Origin: Lentisphaerae bacterium ADurb.BinA184
GTDB taxonomy: Bacteria; Verrucomicrobiota; Lentisphaeria; Oligosphaerales; MVZH01
Direction of reading: 5' to 3'
DNA: 55,420 nt
Assembly (NCBI GenBank): GCA_002068325.1
Contig: MVZH01000002.1
Coordinates: 1-55,420 of the forward strand
The notes under the pieces are model-generated. The model ran no database searches. It saw only the letters and a list, made by a program, of their open reading frames with translations, and was not told where the DNA came from. Shown here in pieces: positions 1-9,263 of this stretch (position 1 is its first letter; each line of letters starts with the position of its first letter). Position numbers and translations under genes: made by a program.

Positions 1-2
1 CC

Positions 3-782
3 GCCGGCATCCTCCACCCCGGGGCCCCCACGATCTTCCACCCCGCCCCCTCGCCCTACGGCATCCCCTACCGCTGCCTGTACGCGCGCAACCTCGAGAA
101 CCTGTTCTGCGCGGGCCGCAACATCAGCGTCACCCATGCCGCCCTCAGCTCGACCCGCGTGATGGGCACCTGCTCCCTGCTCGGCCAGGCCGTGGGCACC
201 GCCGCCGCACTCGCCGTCCGTCACGGATTGAACCCGCGCGAAGTCGGCCAAACCCGCCTCGCCGAATTGCAGCAGCAGCTCATGGACGACGACGCCTACC
301 TGCCGGGGCTCCGACGCCACGTCCCCGACCTCTCCCGCACCGCCAGCCTGACTGCCTCGCACGGCGACCCCGAACCCCTGCGCAATGGCATTGACCGCCC
401 CGTCGGCGACGACGACAACGGCTGGGCCTGCCCGCCCGGCGGACGGGCCGAATACACCTTCGAGACGTCGCGCGCGCTGCGCCAGGCCCGCCTCGTCTTC
501 GACAGCGACCTCAGCCGTACCGCCAAGGGGACACGGGCCGACTACCCGCTGGCTCAGCCGCGGCTGGCGCCGCCGCCCACCTTGGTCAAGGCTTTCCGGA
601 TCGAGGCCGCGGACGGGGCCGGCGGCTGGCGGACCGTGGTGCGCGTCGCCGACAACCACCAGCGCCTGGTGCGGGTTCCCCTCGGGCTCGAAGCGACTGC
701 CCTGCGCCTCGTTCCCGAGAGCACCTGGGGGGCGCCGTCCTGCCACATCCTGGCCTGGGATGTCGAGCCCGATCCGGCCTGA
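3..782 (+). CDS. FAD-dependent oxidoreductase, C-terminal part (5' end outside the window)
   Basis: Frame 3 is open from base 3 to TGA at 780-782. The listed ORF 159..782 is only its internal part. The translation ...YGIPYRCLYARNLENLFCAGRNISVTHAALSSTRVMGTCSLLGQAVGTAAALAV... resembles the C-terminal FAD-contact segment of PF12831-type oxidoreductases (by recall, not by search). Confidence 0.6.
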   Translation, partial: AGILHPGAPTIFHPAPSPYGIPYRCLYARNLENLFCAGRNISVTHAALSSTRVMGTCSLLGQAVGTAAALAVRHGLNPREVGQTRLAELQQQLMDDDAYLPGLRRHVPDLSRTASLTASHGDPEPLRNGIDRPVGDDDNGWACPPGGRAEYTFETSRALRQARLVFDSDLSRTAKGTRADYPLAQPRLAPPPTLVKAFRIEAADGAGGWRTVVRVADNHQRLVRVPLGLEATALRLVPESTWGAPSCHILAWDVEPDPA

Positions 783-824
783 CCCGCCTTGCCCATCGTC
801 CCCAGACAGGCAAGACCTTTCCCT

Positions 825-848
825 TGGAGCCGGCGGTCTCCGCCGGTA
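825..848 (+). repeat. REP-like hairpin element, copy 1 (TGGAGCCGGCGGTCTCCGCCGGTA)
   Basis: This 24-mer is identical to 11464-11487. Its core CCGGCGG-TCT-CCGCCGG is a perfect 7-bp stem with a 3-nt loop. It lies 43 nt after the stop of the FAD oxidoreductase gene. Confidence 0.6.
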
Positions 849-976
849 CCAGACGATCTTGTCCAGGCAACCATGGAACGATTGGCAACGCCGCCGGCGG
901 ACGACCGCGACGCAGTCATGCCGTCGCGCATTTTTCTTTCTGTACACCCCGCATCGGGCTTGCTCTGCGGGCGTTG

Positions 977-1014
977 CCATGTTATCATTAAGAGTGTCTG
1001 CGCAGTGCAATGAC
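977..1014 (+). promoter_or_regulatory. Conserved 38-nt upstream motif of DUF1559 paralogs (promoter-like, -10-like TGCAAT)
   Basis: CCATGTTATCATTAAGAGTGTCTGCGCAGTGCAATGAC aligns without gaps to 9175-9212 (27 of 38 identical by hand count). Both copies end exactly 52 nt before the ATG of a DUF1559 gene. Confidence 0.35.
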
Positions 1015-1065
1015 GGGGCGGGGCCGACGAGCGGTCTCTGGCGGATATCCGTAGAGAGTCTTCGC

Positions 1066-1965
1066 ATGGGCTGTGGATGCCGCGTACGGCCAGCCTGGGC
1101 TGCGTTCACGCTGGTCGAGTTGTTGGTCGTGGTGGCCATTGTCGCCATCCTGGCGGCGTTGTTGCTGCCGGCGCTGAAGCGTGCGCGCGAGCAGGCGATT
1201 CTCGCCGCGTGCCAGTCGAGCATTCGGCAGGCGGGGGTGGCCTGCACGTCGTACACGCTAGACTATGACGGCGCCTTTCCCTACGGCTGGGGGCAGTTGC
1301 GCAGCACGTCCGAGCCGGGCTACCAGTACTACTCGGTCGGCATCGGCGGCTCACAGCAGGCCGACGGCGCGGCCGGCATTCTCGAACGCAACGACTACGT
1401 CGGCCCAACCCCGGCCCGGGTGCTGGACTGCCCGGCACGGGTCAGCGAGGTGCCAACCACCCCCGGCTTCGTCTACTACAACTACTGGCGGGTGACCATG
1501 AACAACGGCTGGATGACCCAGGTTGGCGGCCCGGCCTCCGCCAGCTATGGCTATGTCGGCTGGTTCGGCCGCAACGGCGAGGCCCTCGACGCGGTGCCCC
1601 ACTACCAGCCCTTTGCGGGCGAGAACTGGTACACGGGGACCGGCAACGGGGCGGTCGGCTGGAACGCGCAGGCCTACGCCACCCCCCGCGAGCGCGAGTT
1701 CTTCATCCCCGAATGGACCGGGCGATCGGGCAACCATGGCATGGGTGCCACGCATCCCGAGGGCAGCGTCCCGGTTCTGAGCTGCCCGTTCTGGCAACCG
1801 TACTACACCTGGCAGATTGGCACCTGGCCGCACTTCCCGCGGTGGATCCCGACACCCGGCAGCAGCCAGTGGGATCAGCGTGTCGCCGCCGACCCCGGCA
1901 AACGCAATTACTGGTTCCGCGACGGCTCGGTGCGGACAAGGAGCCAACCGACAATCCTCTTCTGA
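1066..1965 (+). CDS. DUF1559 / prepilin-type N-terminal cleavage-methylation domain protein
   Basis: This is an internal ATG of ORF 385..1965. The N-terminus [44 protein letters not shown] is the classic type IV pilin-like FTL(V/I)ELLVV leader. A Trp/Tyr/Gly-rich body follows, as in PVC DUF1559 proteins. The upstream part of the ORF overlaps the previous gene and looks non-coding. Confidence 0.85.
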   Translation: MGCGCRVRPAWAAFTLVELLVVVAIVAILAALLLPALKRAREQAILAACQSSIRQAGVACTSYTLDYDGAFPYGWGQLRSTSEPGYQYYSVGIGGSQQADGAAGILERNDYVGPTPARVLDCPARVSEVPTTPGFVYYNYWRVTMNNGWMTQVGGPASASYGYVGWFGRNGEALDAVPHYQPFAGENWYTGTGNGAVGWNAQAYATPREREFFIPEWTGRSGNHGMGATHPEGSVPVLSCPFWQPYYTWQIGTWPHFPRWIPTPGSSQWDQRVAADPGKRNYWFRDGSVRTRSQPTILF

Positions 1966-2076
1966 ACGGCGTCACACAGCGGCTGTCAGCAACGTTCGTG
2001 ACGCCATGCGAGAACGACAGGAGACCGAGGACAGCGTCCCGGCCCCAGGCAAAAACCCGGAAAAGGAGCGAGCGGC

Positions 2077-3273
2077 ATGAAGACGAACAGGATGACGCGG
2101 TGCGGTGCGGCGGTGGCCATGGCAGCCCTCGGTGTCGGCGTGTGGGCAGGCGCGGCGACCATTACGTGGACAGGAGCAACCAGTACGGACTGGGCGACGG
2201 GCAGCAACTGGACCGGCGGCCCCGGCGTCCCGCAGGCGGGCGACGACGTCGTCATTGACGGCACTGCGGGCCGGGACGTCGCCTTGTCATCCTCCACTCC
2301 CGCCCTAGGCACCGTCACCATCAGCGGCAACCGGACGTTGACTTTCAACGGGTGGGATACCCAGCTCGTGGCCTACGTCCTCGACGTGAAGAGCACGGGG
2401 ACGATCACCCACACGGCCAACGGGGCCTACAACACGGGCATCGGAGCCGCGAACGGCGTCAACCGGGTCAACATCCAGGTCGGCAGCGTGCTGGTCGAGC
2501 TGGGCGGCAGGATCACCGCCGATGCCGGGGGCTGGCAAGGGTATACTTACAGTGGAACGACGGAGGGTGGGTACTGGGCACACGTAGAGGACATCGCCGC
2601 GAGCCGGGTCATGTCGGGGCCGGGGGCGGGGTCATCAGGCACCGCGGGATCCGGCGGCGCGTATGGCGGCGCTGGCGGGAGGTCGACGTGGGACTCCGTA
2701 AACAACGCCACCTATGGACTCCTTGCCTACCCCACCGGTGCAGGCAGCGGTGGCGGCCATGAGTGGGATCTGACCAGCAACTACAGCGATGGCGGCGGCG
2801 CCGTCTACATCACCGCCACAACCGTGAGTATTGCCGGCGCGATCAGCGCCAACGGACAGGACGGCGACGGGAATCGCGGCGGCGGCGGATCCGGCGGCTC
2901 CATCTTCATCAACATCGGGACCGGCGGGTTCTCGCTGACGGGCTCGCTGTCGGCCAACGGCGGCGACGACAGCGTCTCCGCCTACGCCGGCTATGGCGGC
3001 GGCGGGGGTGGCGGCCGGATCGCCGTGTGGAAGAAACTGCCCGGAGCCATTCAGTCTGCCCTGATGGCGGGCACCGACCCTTCCAGCTTCCCGGAACTGA
3101 TCCTGGCCTACACAATGGCCGGTGTGACGGTGAACGGCGGCCCCGTGGGCACCAACGGCAACACGGCCGGCAGCGACGGGACCTTCTTCTTCGGTAGGGT
3201 TCCCGAGCCCGCCTCGGCGGCGCTGCTGGGCTTTGCCGCGTTGGCCCTGCTCCGCCGACGCCAACGGCAATAG
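2077..3273 (+). CDS. PEP-CTERM-anchored glycine-rich secreted protein (beta-strand repeat type)
   Basis: An AAGGAG Shine-Dalgarno lies upstream. The signal peptide is MKTNRMTRCGAAVAMAALGVGVWAGA, followed by the ATITWTGATSTDWATGSNWTGG motif. The C-terminus VPEPASAALLGFAALALLRRRQRQ is a PEP-CTERM sorting signal. Confidence 0.8.
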   Translation: MKTNRMTRCGAAVAMAALGVGVWAGAATITWTGATSTDWATGSNWTGGPGVPQAGDDVVIDGTAGRDVALSSSTPALGTVTISGNRTLTFNGWDTQLVAYVLDVKSTGTITHTANGAYNTGIGAANGVNRVNIQVGSVLVELGGRITADAGGWQGYTYSGTTEGGYWAHVEDIAASRVMSGPGAGSSGTAGSGGAYGGAGGRSTWDSVNNATYGLLAYPTGAGSGGGHEWDLTSNYSDGGGAVYITATTVSIAGAISANGQDGDGNRGGGGSGGSIFINIGTGGFSLTGSLSANGGDDSVSAYAGYGGGGGGGRIAVWKKLPGAIQSALMAGTDPSSFPELILAYTMAGVTVNGGPVGTNGNTAGSDGTFFFGRVPEPASAALLGFAALALLRRRQRQ

Positions 3274-3329
3274 CCCAGAGGCGACAACCGCCTTGGAACC
3301 TTCGAGCCTTCGAGGTGAATCACGCAGGG

Positions 3330-3959
3330 CTAGGCACGCCTGGCCTTGCGCGGCGGCCGGGCCTCGACCTCCCGGATTTCCTCTTCCGGCGGAATCGGGA
3401 AGGTGAAGACTTGGTCGAGGCGCAGCTTGAGGCGCGGAAAGGCCGGACTGGTCAGGGTGTCACGCTTACGGAAGCCGTTGGCGAGATGGAAATACCCGTT
3501 CTCCAGGACGAAGATTTCGACGAGGGCCGGGTGCGGCGTCACCAGCCAGTACTCTTTCACGCCGAAGCGCTGATAGAGCGTGAACTTCGTCACCCGGTCG
3601 TGGCAGACCGAGGCCGGCGACAGAATCTCGACGACCATGGCTGGCGCGCCCTCGATGTGCGTCTCCGTGATCTGATCCGGATCACAGACCACGACGAGGT
3701 CGGGCTGGACGACGTTCGTCTCGGAGAGTTTGACGTCGATGGGCGCAGGAAAGACCTGGCAGGGGCCTTTGCGGAGATGGGCGAACAGCGCCGCATGCAG
3801 GGCACTCGTTACGGCCTGGTGCCGCACCAGGGGTGCCGGGGCCATGGCGCGGGGTTCGCCATCGATCAGTTCCCAGCGTTCGTCGTCGGACCACGACGCG
3901 TAGTCGGAGTAGGTGAACCCGTCTTGCCTCTTCACCGGCACGCCAGCCATCGAACCCAT
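3330..3959 (-). CDS. Uma2-family (DUF820) putative endonuclease
   Basis: ...FTYSDYASWSDDERWELIDGE...PDLVVVCDP...PAMVVEILSPAS...KFTLYQRFGVKEYWLV... matches the Uma2 PD-(D/E)XK-like pattern. The start was chosen at an internal ATG (3959, or alternatively 3950, which has AAAGGA upstream). The longer ORF reaching 4070 is unlikely. Confidence 0.8.
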   Translation of the reverse strand: MGSMAGVPVKRQDGFTYSDYASWSDDERWELIDGEPRAMAPAPLVRHQAVTSALHAALFAHLRKGPCQVFPAPIDVKLSETNVVQPDLVVVCDPDQITETHIEGAPAMVVEILSPASVCHDRVTKFTLYQRFGVKEYWLVTPHPALVEIFVLENGYFHLANGFRKRDTLTSPAFPRLKLRLDQVFTFPIPPEEEIREVEARPPRKARRA

Positions 3960-4115
3960 CCTTTCGATTCCGTTCTCTAGGCGTACGATAGCATTCGTGT
4001 GCATGAGGTGCAACCGCCCCAAGGCCGTTCGGCAACCCAGGAGACCGCAACCATGAGCCATGCGTTCCACCCCGCCCGCGCCCTCGATGCCCCCAACCCC
4101 AAGGAGACCGCCACG

Positions 4116-5117
4116 ATGAGAACCATCCTCGCCCTCGCCGCCGCCGTTGCCCTCCTAGCCCTGGATACATCCCGCGCCGCTACGATCTCCGGATCCGCGA
4201 CTCTGTATGCAAACCCCTTTGCCGGAATGCCCGACAGTGCTTATGTCTGGGGTGGCACCGACGTTACCATGGCCAGCCCGCTTATCCCGCTGAATCAGAC
4301 CGCAGGATACATGCGAATGAGTTCCGCCGTAGGAGCCACGGTCAGCGGCTGGGCGCAGGTCACCACCGCGACCCCGTTCCAAGCGGGCACCATCGTCAGC
4401 ACCGGCTATACCGGGTACAACAGCGGTTCCACCACGTATTCGGTTGGCATCGGCAGCCCTGCTCTCCTCACCCACGGCGTCGACATCGGTGGCGCCCCCA
4501 CCAACTCACCGTGGCTGGTGACGCATGGGGTGCCCGTCACGTCCGATACGTTACGGGTCGAGGTGAGCAGACTGTACGGGTACAATCCCTCCTATTGGTT
4601 CACGGACATCGGCAAGCTGCTGGTGATCCCGGACGAATTGGTCTATCTGTCCGCCACCAGTGGCACGGACGCCGCTCACAACAGCCCGGGCACCCTTGGC
4701 ACCTATGAGGGGGGCAACGTCGTCGACCTGCAAAGTAGCACGCCTTACATCAACCGCAGCACCACCGACCCGCACTGGTTCGTTCTCGACATCACTGGCG
4801 GCCCGAAGACGATCGGGGCCGTAGTCACCGACATGCCGGCCACGGTTCAGACCCTCGACATTCAGAGGCCTGACGGCCTGGGCGGGTGGACTACAATCAC
4901 CAGCGTGACGAACAGTCTTGGGGGCGAGGTCGTGGCTGTGAAGTTTGATGCCTCCGTGCCGGATGTGAGCGAACTGCGCTTCTATTACAACTACAGCGGC
5001 GGGGCTGAGACACGGGTGAACGAGGTCATGCTCTTCTCCGTTGTGGTTCCCGAGCCGGTCTCCGCGGTCCTGCTCGGCCTGGGGCTGGTCTTTCTGCCGC
5101 GCCGCCGTCGCGGGTGA
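4116..5117 (+). CDS. PEP-CTERM-anchored secreted protein
   Basis: The internal ATG is preceded by AAGGAG. The signal peptide is MRTILALAAAVALLALDTSRAAT. The C-terminus VPEPVSAVLLGLGLVFLPRRRRG is a PEP-CTERM signal. Confidence 0.75.
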   Translation: MRTILALAAAVALLALDTSRAATISGSATLYANPFAGMPDSAYVWGGTDVTMASPLIPLNQTAGYMRMSSAVGATVSGWAQVTTATPFQAGTIVSTGYTGYNSGSTTYSVGIGSPALLTHGVDIGGAPTNSPWLVTHGVPVTSDTLRVEVSRLYGYNPSYWFTDIGKLLVIPDELVYLSATSGTDAAHNSPGTLGTYEGGNVVDLQSSTPYINRSTTDPHWFVLDITGGPKTIGAVVTDMPATVQTLDIQRPDGLGGWTTITSVTNSLGGEVVAVKFDASVPDVSELRFYYNYSGGAETRVNEVMLFSVVVPEPVSAVLLGLGLVFLPRRRRG

Positions 5118-5302
5118 CCGACGGACCGTGCCCGGCTCCACGAGCGTCAGCCTTCGCCGCCGCGGACGGCGGAGGCTCACCCGGCTGAAGTTCCAGGTTT
5201 GAGCGGACCGTTCAACGTGGGAGGCGGCTCCACATGCTTCGAGAGCCTGCAGGACTCGGACTGGTGCATGGTCTCCGGCGTGGGGGCAGGGCCGGCGGGC
5301 GA

Positions 5303-8300
5303 ATGAGGCGGGGTGCCGTCGGGGTGCTCGTGCTGTCAGCCATCCTGTGCGCCGGCGATGTCGCCGCGCAGGACGTGGCCGCCCTGCTCGCGGCCGGCAA
5401 GGCGGGGGCGACGGTGACGTTGCCGGCGGGGACGTTCGCGGCCGGCGACCTCGTCGTCCCCGCGGGCGTGTCCGTGCGCGGGGCGGGGTACGGCAAGACG
5501 ATCCTGGACGCCGCCGGCCACAGGGTCGGGCTGCGGGTCTCCGGCGGCGAAGCGATCACCGTCAGCGACTTCACCCTCCGCGGGGCGACGGCGGCGGCGC
5601 TGCACGTCGAGGGCGGCACCGGGTTGACCGCGGCGCGGCTGCGCCTGCTCGACTCCGGCGTCGGCTTGCGCGCGGAAGGGGTGAGCGGAGCTCGCTTCGA
5701 GAACCTGGTCATAGCCGGCAACGGCACCGGGGGGGTGCTCCGGGAGTGCCAAGACAGCGTTTTCGCGAACTGCACGGCCGCCGACAACCGCGATCTGGCG
5801 ATCAGCCTGGCCGGCAACCGCGGCGGCGCCGTCTTCAACAACCTGTTCATCAACAGTCAGTTGGGGATGTATGACGGCGGCGGCAACGAGCGCCTCGCGG
5901 TCGACTGCAACCTCTATGTTGCGCTCTTCGTCGGCGGCCTGGCCGGCCAGCCGACGCGCGAATCGCTGGCGGCCTGGCGCGCCCTGACCGGCTTCGACCG
6001 CCGTTCGGTGGAACTGCCCGTGCAGTTTGCGGACCCCGCAAGACGTGACTACCGGCCGGTGCTTGCACTGCCGTGGTGCCTCGCGCGGGCGACCACCGCC
6101 GACTGGGGCACGGCCGAACTGGCTGGGTTTGCCGCACCGCCGGCCGACATCAACGGCAACGCCCGCTCCGGGGGAATGGATCTGGGCGCGTTCGAAACGA
6201 CCCTCACCGCGCCGCGGCCGCCTGACGGCTCCTTCACGGTCCACGGCGGCGGCGTGACCAGCGCCGGGCTGTTCACCCCCGACGGCACACTCCTCGCCTA
6301 TCTCTTCCATAATCTGCCGCTGGCCAGGGCAAGGCACGACTTCTGGCTGCCGCCGCGCACCCACGACGGCACGCCCATTCCGGCCGGCCGCTGCGAACTC
6401 CGCACGAGCGAGAGCGACCTCTCCCTCGAGTACGTCGGCATGGCGGCCAACGGCGGCGTCGACAGTGACGTCCGCAACTGCGCCTCGCTGTCGCCCGAGT
6501 GGATCGTCTTCGACGCCGACGGCAACGTCATCCTTGTGCAGGCCGGCATCGAAAACCATCAGCACGTGCGCGGCTTTGACCGTGACCTCGCCCGCCACCG
6601 CTGGATCGTCTCGGGAGGCGGCGGCTGCCAGGGCGCCACGGTTGACGAGAACGGCGTCTTCTTCCGCCTTGGCAACGGCGAGGTTCTCAAGGTCGAGGCC
6701 GCCACCGGGCGCATCAACGTTGAAGGCCGGCCCGGCGTGTTCCGGCGGACGGTGGGCGGACCCCTCACCGACAAAGTACAGGGGCTCGCGGCCCTCGGCG
6801 GACGGCTGTTCGTCGCCGACCCCGAGCACAACCGCATCCTTTTTGCGGACTCCGCAGCTCTCGACTTCGCGGCGGACAAGGTGTGGAGCGTCACCCGTCC
6901 CGTCTCGCCTGCGGCCGACCTGGCGAACGGGCTGCTGTGGGTGGTGGCGGAGAATGACCGGCTGGTCGCGCTCGATGCCAAGACCGGTGTGGTGCGCTGC
7001 ACGGCGCGGCCCGTCGAGAAGCCGTGGTCCGTCGCGGTCTGCGGTGGGCGGCTGGCCGTCGCCAGTGCGGCCACCCGCAGAATCCACATCTTCGACTGTA
7101 CCGATCCGGCCGACCTCAAGGCACTCTACACGGTCGGCAGCGGCCGCGACCCGCGCGCCCTCGGCCCCATCGGCCCGACCGACCTCACCGGCGAGGGCGA
7201 GGTGGCGATCGACCGCGACGGCCGGGTTGCGACGACCGATGGCAATGTGCGACTCTTCGGCCCGGACGGCAGGCTGTTGCGCTGGCACACCGCCTTCTGG
7301 GGGCAGTTCACGCCGGGCGGCTGGTGGACCGGGGCCGACCGGAAGCCCGAGTTCCACCTCTCGGGGATGCATGCGCAGCACACCGTGGTGCTCGATGTGG
7401 CGGCTCGGACGTGGCGCCCCGGTGTCCGGTTCAGTCTCCCGGATGGCACGCCGCCGCATCTCGTCTGTCTGTTCACGGCGAAGGGCGCGAACTTCGCCGT
7501 CTACAGCGACGATTTCCGCACCACGTTCCACGTCCTGCGCTTCGACGACTGGGCCGGTCGCCTTGTCCGCGTCTGGGCCGGCGACAAGCCGAACGGGGGC
7601 TTCGTCGAGACCGCCGGCGACCGGGCGGCGCCGCTGCTGACGCCTGACGGCCGCAAGGTCGAGGCGCTCGCCTTCAAGCAGGACGGGCGCCTGTTCGCCG
7701 GCGGATGCCTGATTCCGCGAACCGGCCTTGCCCCTGACGGCGCGCCGCAGTGGGACTGGACGGCCTGCGTGCCCAAGCCGAAGCCGTTCGGCGAGGGCGG
7801 CGGCGGCCAGGGCCAGTTCAACTTTGACGTCCTGCCGAACGGTGCCTGGATTCGCGACGAGGGCCCGGGACGCGGATTCGGCGGCGGATTCACCACGTTC
7901 GCGGCGTACAACCCCGACGGCACGGTGCGCTGGAAATACCACAACGATCATCACTGCACCCTCGGCGCCCTGCGCAGCCTGCGGGTGTTCGCAGCGCGGA
8001 GCGGGGAGCATGGAGCGGCGGGATCGGTCGGCGACCCCCGAGGCCCCGCGCCCACGATCGTCACCGCCATGGCAACCGAGGAACTGGATTTGGTGGCGAT
8101 CGACCAGGACGGCCTTGGCCTGGGGGTCATGGGTGTCCCGAAGGCCATGAACTGGAATGGGTTCTGGCACGACCAGGACTGGTCCATGCAGGGCGTGACC
8201 GGCCCCGACGGCCAGCCGTTCCTGACTCTTGGCGACTACACCTGCCAGGGCTACCATTGGCTTGCCATCGCCGGTGCGGCGAGCATCCGTCACGCCGCCG

Positions 8301-9064
8301 TTCCAGTCGTCATCGATGAGGCCCGCGCCGCCGCGCTTTCCCTCTTGGGGTCTGTCCCCATGGCGAGCAGCCCAGCCCCGCCCACCCCCCGCATCGTCGT
8401 CAGGAAGCTGGCCAATCCGATGACCGTTGACGGCGATCTGGCCAAGTGGCGTGACCTCGGCATTGCCCCGCAGATCGTGCATGTGCCGGGCGCGCGGCCG
8501 CCGGACGACGTCAGCGCCCTCATCCGTATGGCCTGGCAGGGCGACGATCTCTACGTGCAGGTCATCAAGTTCGATGACGTGGTCAGCTTCCACCAGCCGC
8601 TCAGCTTCCACTACAAACAGGACTCGACGGAACTGGCCCTGATCGGCGGCTTCATGGGCGGGTACAAGTTTGCCATCACGCGGACGACCGACGCTGGCGA
8701 CGTCCTCTACCGTGAGCAGTTCCTGATGAAGAAGGAACTCAACCTCGAGGCGGCGAAGGCCCCGCGCGTCATCCGCGTGCTCGACAGCGCGAGGGACGTC
8801 GAGGAACGCGCGCTCATCGAGGACACGATGGGGGTGGACCTGTCGGGCTGCAAGGTCATCGTCACCGAGTTCAAGATCCCGATGACGTATGCCTGGGACG
8901 GCAAATTGCCGGTCAGGATGGAGAGCGGCACCGAGTTCTGGTTCGGCTTCTTTGTTGACGACAACGATGAACCCGGCTCGGACGTGCAGGAAGCCTACCC
9001 CTGGCCGGTGACCTACGCCGCCTTCGGCAACCCTGATCAGGGCGCCCGCGCGGTGCTCGAGTAG
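5303..9064 (+). CDS. Large secreted protein: right-handed beta-helix repeats, beta-propeller-like middle, CBM9/DOMON-like C-terminus
   Basis: The signal peptide is MRRGAVGVLVLSAILCAGDVAAQ. Parallel beta-helix-type repeats are present (NLVIAGNGTGGV..., NCTAADNRDLAISLAGNRGGAVFNNLFINS). Repeated ...RL(F/A)VA(D/S)...RI(L/H)... blades follow. The C-terminal segment DGDLAKWRDLG...WFGFFVDDND is like carbohydrate-binding family 9. The start is uncertain (5234 or 5303). Confidence 0.7.
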   Translation: MRRGAVGVLVLSAILCAGDVAAQDVAALLAAGKAGATVTLPAGTFAAGDLVVPAGVSVRGAGYGKTILDAAGHRVGLRVSGGEAITVSDFTLRGATAAALHVEGGTGLTAARLRLLDSGVGLRAEGVSGARFENLVIAGNGTGGVLRECQDSVFANCTAADNRDLAISLAGNRGGAVFNNLFINSQLGMYDGGGNERLAVDCNLYVALFVGGLAGQPTRESLAAWRALTGFDRRSVELPVQFADPARRDYRPVLALPWCLARATTADWGTAELAGFAAPPADINGNARSGGMDLGAFETTLTAPRPPDGSFTVHGGGVTSAGLFTPDGTLLAYLFHNLPLARARHDFWLPPRTHDGTPIPAGRCELRTSESDLSLEYVGMAANGGVDSDVRNCASLSPEWIVFDADGNVILVQAGIENHQHVRGFDRDLARHRWIVSGGGGCQGATVDENGVFFRLGNGEVLKVEAATGRINVEGRPGVFRRTVGGPLTDKVQGLAALGGRLFVADPEHNRILFADSAALDFAADKVWSVTRPVSPAADLANGLLWVVAENDRLVALDAKTGVVRCTARPVEKPWSVAVCGGRLAVASAATRRIHIFDCTDPADLKALYTVGSGRDPRALGPIGPTDLTGEGEVAIDRDGRVATTDGNVRLFGPDGRLLRWHTAFWGQFTPGGWWTGADRKPEFHLSGMHAQHTVVLDVAARTWRPGVRFSLPDGTPPHLVCLFTAKGANFAVYSDDFRTTFHVLRFDDWAGRLVRVWAGDKPNGGFVETAGDRAAPLLTPDGRKVEALAFKQDGRLFAGGCLIPRTGLAPDGAPQWDWTACVPKPKPFGEGGGGQGQFNFDVLPNGAWIRDEGPGRGFGGGFTTFAAYNPDGTVRWKYHNDHHCTLGALRSLRVFAARSGEHGAAGSVGDPRGPAPTIVTAMATEELDLVAIDQDGLGLGVMGVPKAMNWNGFWHDQDWSMQGVTGPDGQPFLTLGDYTCQGYHWLAIAGAASIRHAAVPVVIDEARAAALSLLGSVPMASSPAPPTPRIVVRKLANPMTVDGDLAKWRDLGIAPQIVHVPGARPPDDVSALIRMAWQGDDLYVQVIKFDDVVSFHQPLSFHYKQDSTELALIGGFMGGYKFAITRTTDAGDVLYREQFLMKKELNLEAAKAPRVIRVLDSARDVEERALIEDTMGVDLSGCKVIVTEFKIPMTYAWDGKLPVRMESGTEFWFGFFVDDNDEPGSDVQEAYPWPVTYAAFGNPDQGARAVLE

Positions 9065-9174
9065 GGCGGCGGCGGACGCGAGGGGCCTCTTGCCGGACGG
9101 GTGGGGCGGCGCCCCGCCGGCGGGGGCTTGCGTATGGCACGGAACGCGGCGCGCGGCTTGCCGTTGAGGCGTCG

Positions 9175-9212
9175 GCATGTTACGGTTAGGCATGTTCGTA
9201 CAGTGTAATGAC
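9175..9212 (+). promoter_or_regulatory. Conserved 38-nt upstream motif of DUF1559 paralogs (copy 2, -10-like TGTAAT)
   Basis: GCATGTTACGGTTAGGCATGTTCGTACAGTGTAATGAC is the partner of 977-1014. It ends 52 nt before the ATG at 9264. Confidence 0.35.
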
Positions 9213-9263
9213 ACGCCGGGCGGACGAGCCGGTGCGCCGCCACCGCCCAGGAGGGCCCGAACG

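Noticed and set aside
385-1065. The N-terminal 227 codons of ORF 385..1965, which would make the first DUF1559 protein 526 aa long
   Set aside because: This part overlaps the FAD oxidoreductase gene in another frame and then crosses an obvious intergenic region containing the REP hairpin and the AT-rich promoter-like motif. Its translation is Arg/Pro/Ser-rich junk. The pilin-like leader begins right after the ATG at 1066.
3999-4115. An upstream alternative start (ATG 3999 or 4053) for the second PEP-CTERM gene. I noted the duplicated AGGAGACCGC-N-AC-N-ATG context at 4038-4055 and 4101-4118
   Set aside because: Only the ATG at 4116 is followed directly by a signal peptide. The upstream extension would place about 40 polar residues before it and would overlap the long version of the Uma2 ORF.
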